Shown here piece after piece: positions 63,571 to 64,000 of a DNA stretch of 64,000 nt (position 1 is the stretch's first letter; every line of letters starts with the position of its first letter). Under the pieces are notes generated by a model, which worked only from the letters and a program-made list of their open reading frames with translations, had not been told where the DNA came from and did not search any database. Made by a program: the position numbers and the translations under genes. The stretch lies in IMG/VR virus record IMGVR_UViG_3300025483_000873; one strand, given 5' to 3'. This DNA is from a virus.

Positions 63571-63825
63571 ATGCAACTCACCACACTCGTCACCACAGTT
63601 GATTTCTTCCCTGAGGCATTCATCGCTGAAGAGTCTGGCACTGTTGTCAAGCGTTTCCAGAAGCGTGTCACCTTCAACTCCAACGGTCTCAAGTCTTATA
63701 GCACTGTCACAGCACTCACAGCACGTCACGAGTGGTCTGAGCGTATCGCTAACGGTGCTACCGTCACTGGTTACAACGTAGATCAAATGCCTCGCTCCGA
63801 GTATGCTCCAATGGCAGTAGGTTGA
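63571..63825 (+). CDS. hypothetical protein
   Basis: MQLTTLVTTVDFFPEAFIAE...; own TATACT element. Confidence 0.7.
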   Translation: MQLTTLVTTVDFFPEAFIAEESGTVVKRFQKRVTFNSNGLKSYSTVTALTARHEWSERIANGATVTGYNVDQMPRSEYAPMAVG

Positions 63826-63849
63826 TCCGAATTCTTTTCTTTCATCATC

Positions 63850-64000
63850 ATGCTTTTCGATCTCCCAGTTTACAAGAAACAACTCCCACAAATCTGGATG
63901 GAAGATGGTAAGTTCATCATCGAATCAGACTCGTTTCGTTATGTCATTGAAGATGACCTGAAACTATTGTTCAAGTTATGTCGCCGTTTCAAATCTCAAG
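63850..64000 (+). CDS. hypothetical protein (partial, runs off the window)
   Basis: MLFDLPVYKKQLPQIWMEDGKF... Confidence 0.55.
   Translation, partial: MLFDLPVYKKQLPQIWMEDGKFIIESDSFRYVIEDDLKLLFKLCRRFKSQ

Overview
Fragment of a T4-like marine cyanomyovirus (Synechococcus/Prochlorococcus phage) genome, identified by T4 core genes plus cyanophage markers (phoH, thyX, cpeT, CP12-like, many 2OG-Fe(II) oxygenases). Layout: (1-7.8 kb) replication/metabolic block with a RimK-like 3' end, glutaredoxin, RNase H, a tandem glutamine-II-like riboswitch locus, thyX, phoH, exonuclease, gp33 and gp32; (7.8-23.6 kb) baseplate/hub block gp53-48-2-4 (minus strand), then gp54-26-51, two tape-measure-like paralogs, a hub protein and a split gp5; (23.6-27 kb) small ORFs, cpeT and three tRNAs; (27-51 kb) a 3481-aa virion protein, three tail-collar proteins and five tandem paralogs with patchwork nucleotide identity; (51-55 kb) a 2OG-oxygenase/chaperone cluster; (55-64 kb) an early accessory region with promoter/stem-loop repeats, an SF2 helicase, a CP12-like ORF and an EcoRI-like nuclease + DGQH/ParB-like + Dam cassette. 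Best leads: a candidate -1 frameshift fusing gp26 to gp51, an ORF nested inside a riboswitch stem, a repeat-bounded nuclease/ParB/MTase cassette with a palindromic operator, a 48-bp element bracketing the hub operon, and the five-paralog array. All family assignments come from motif recognition by eye; no database searches or folding were run.
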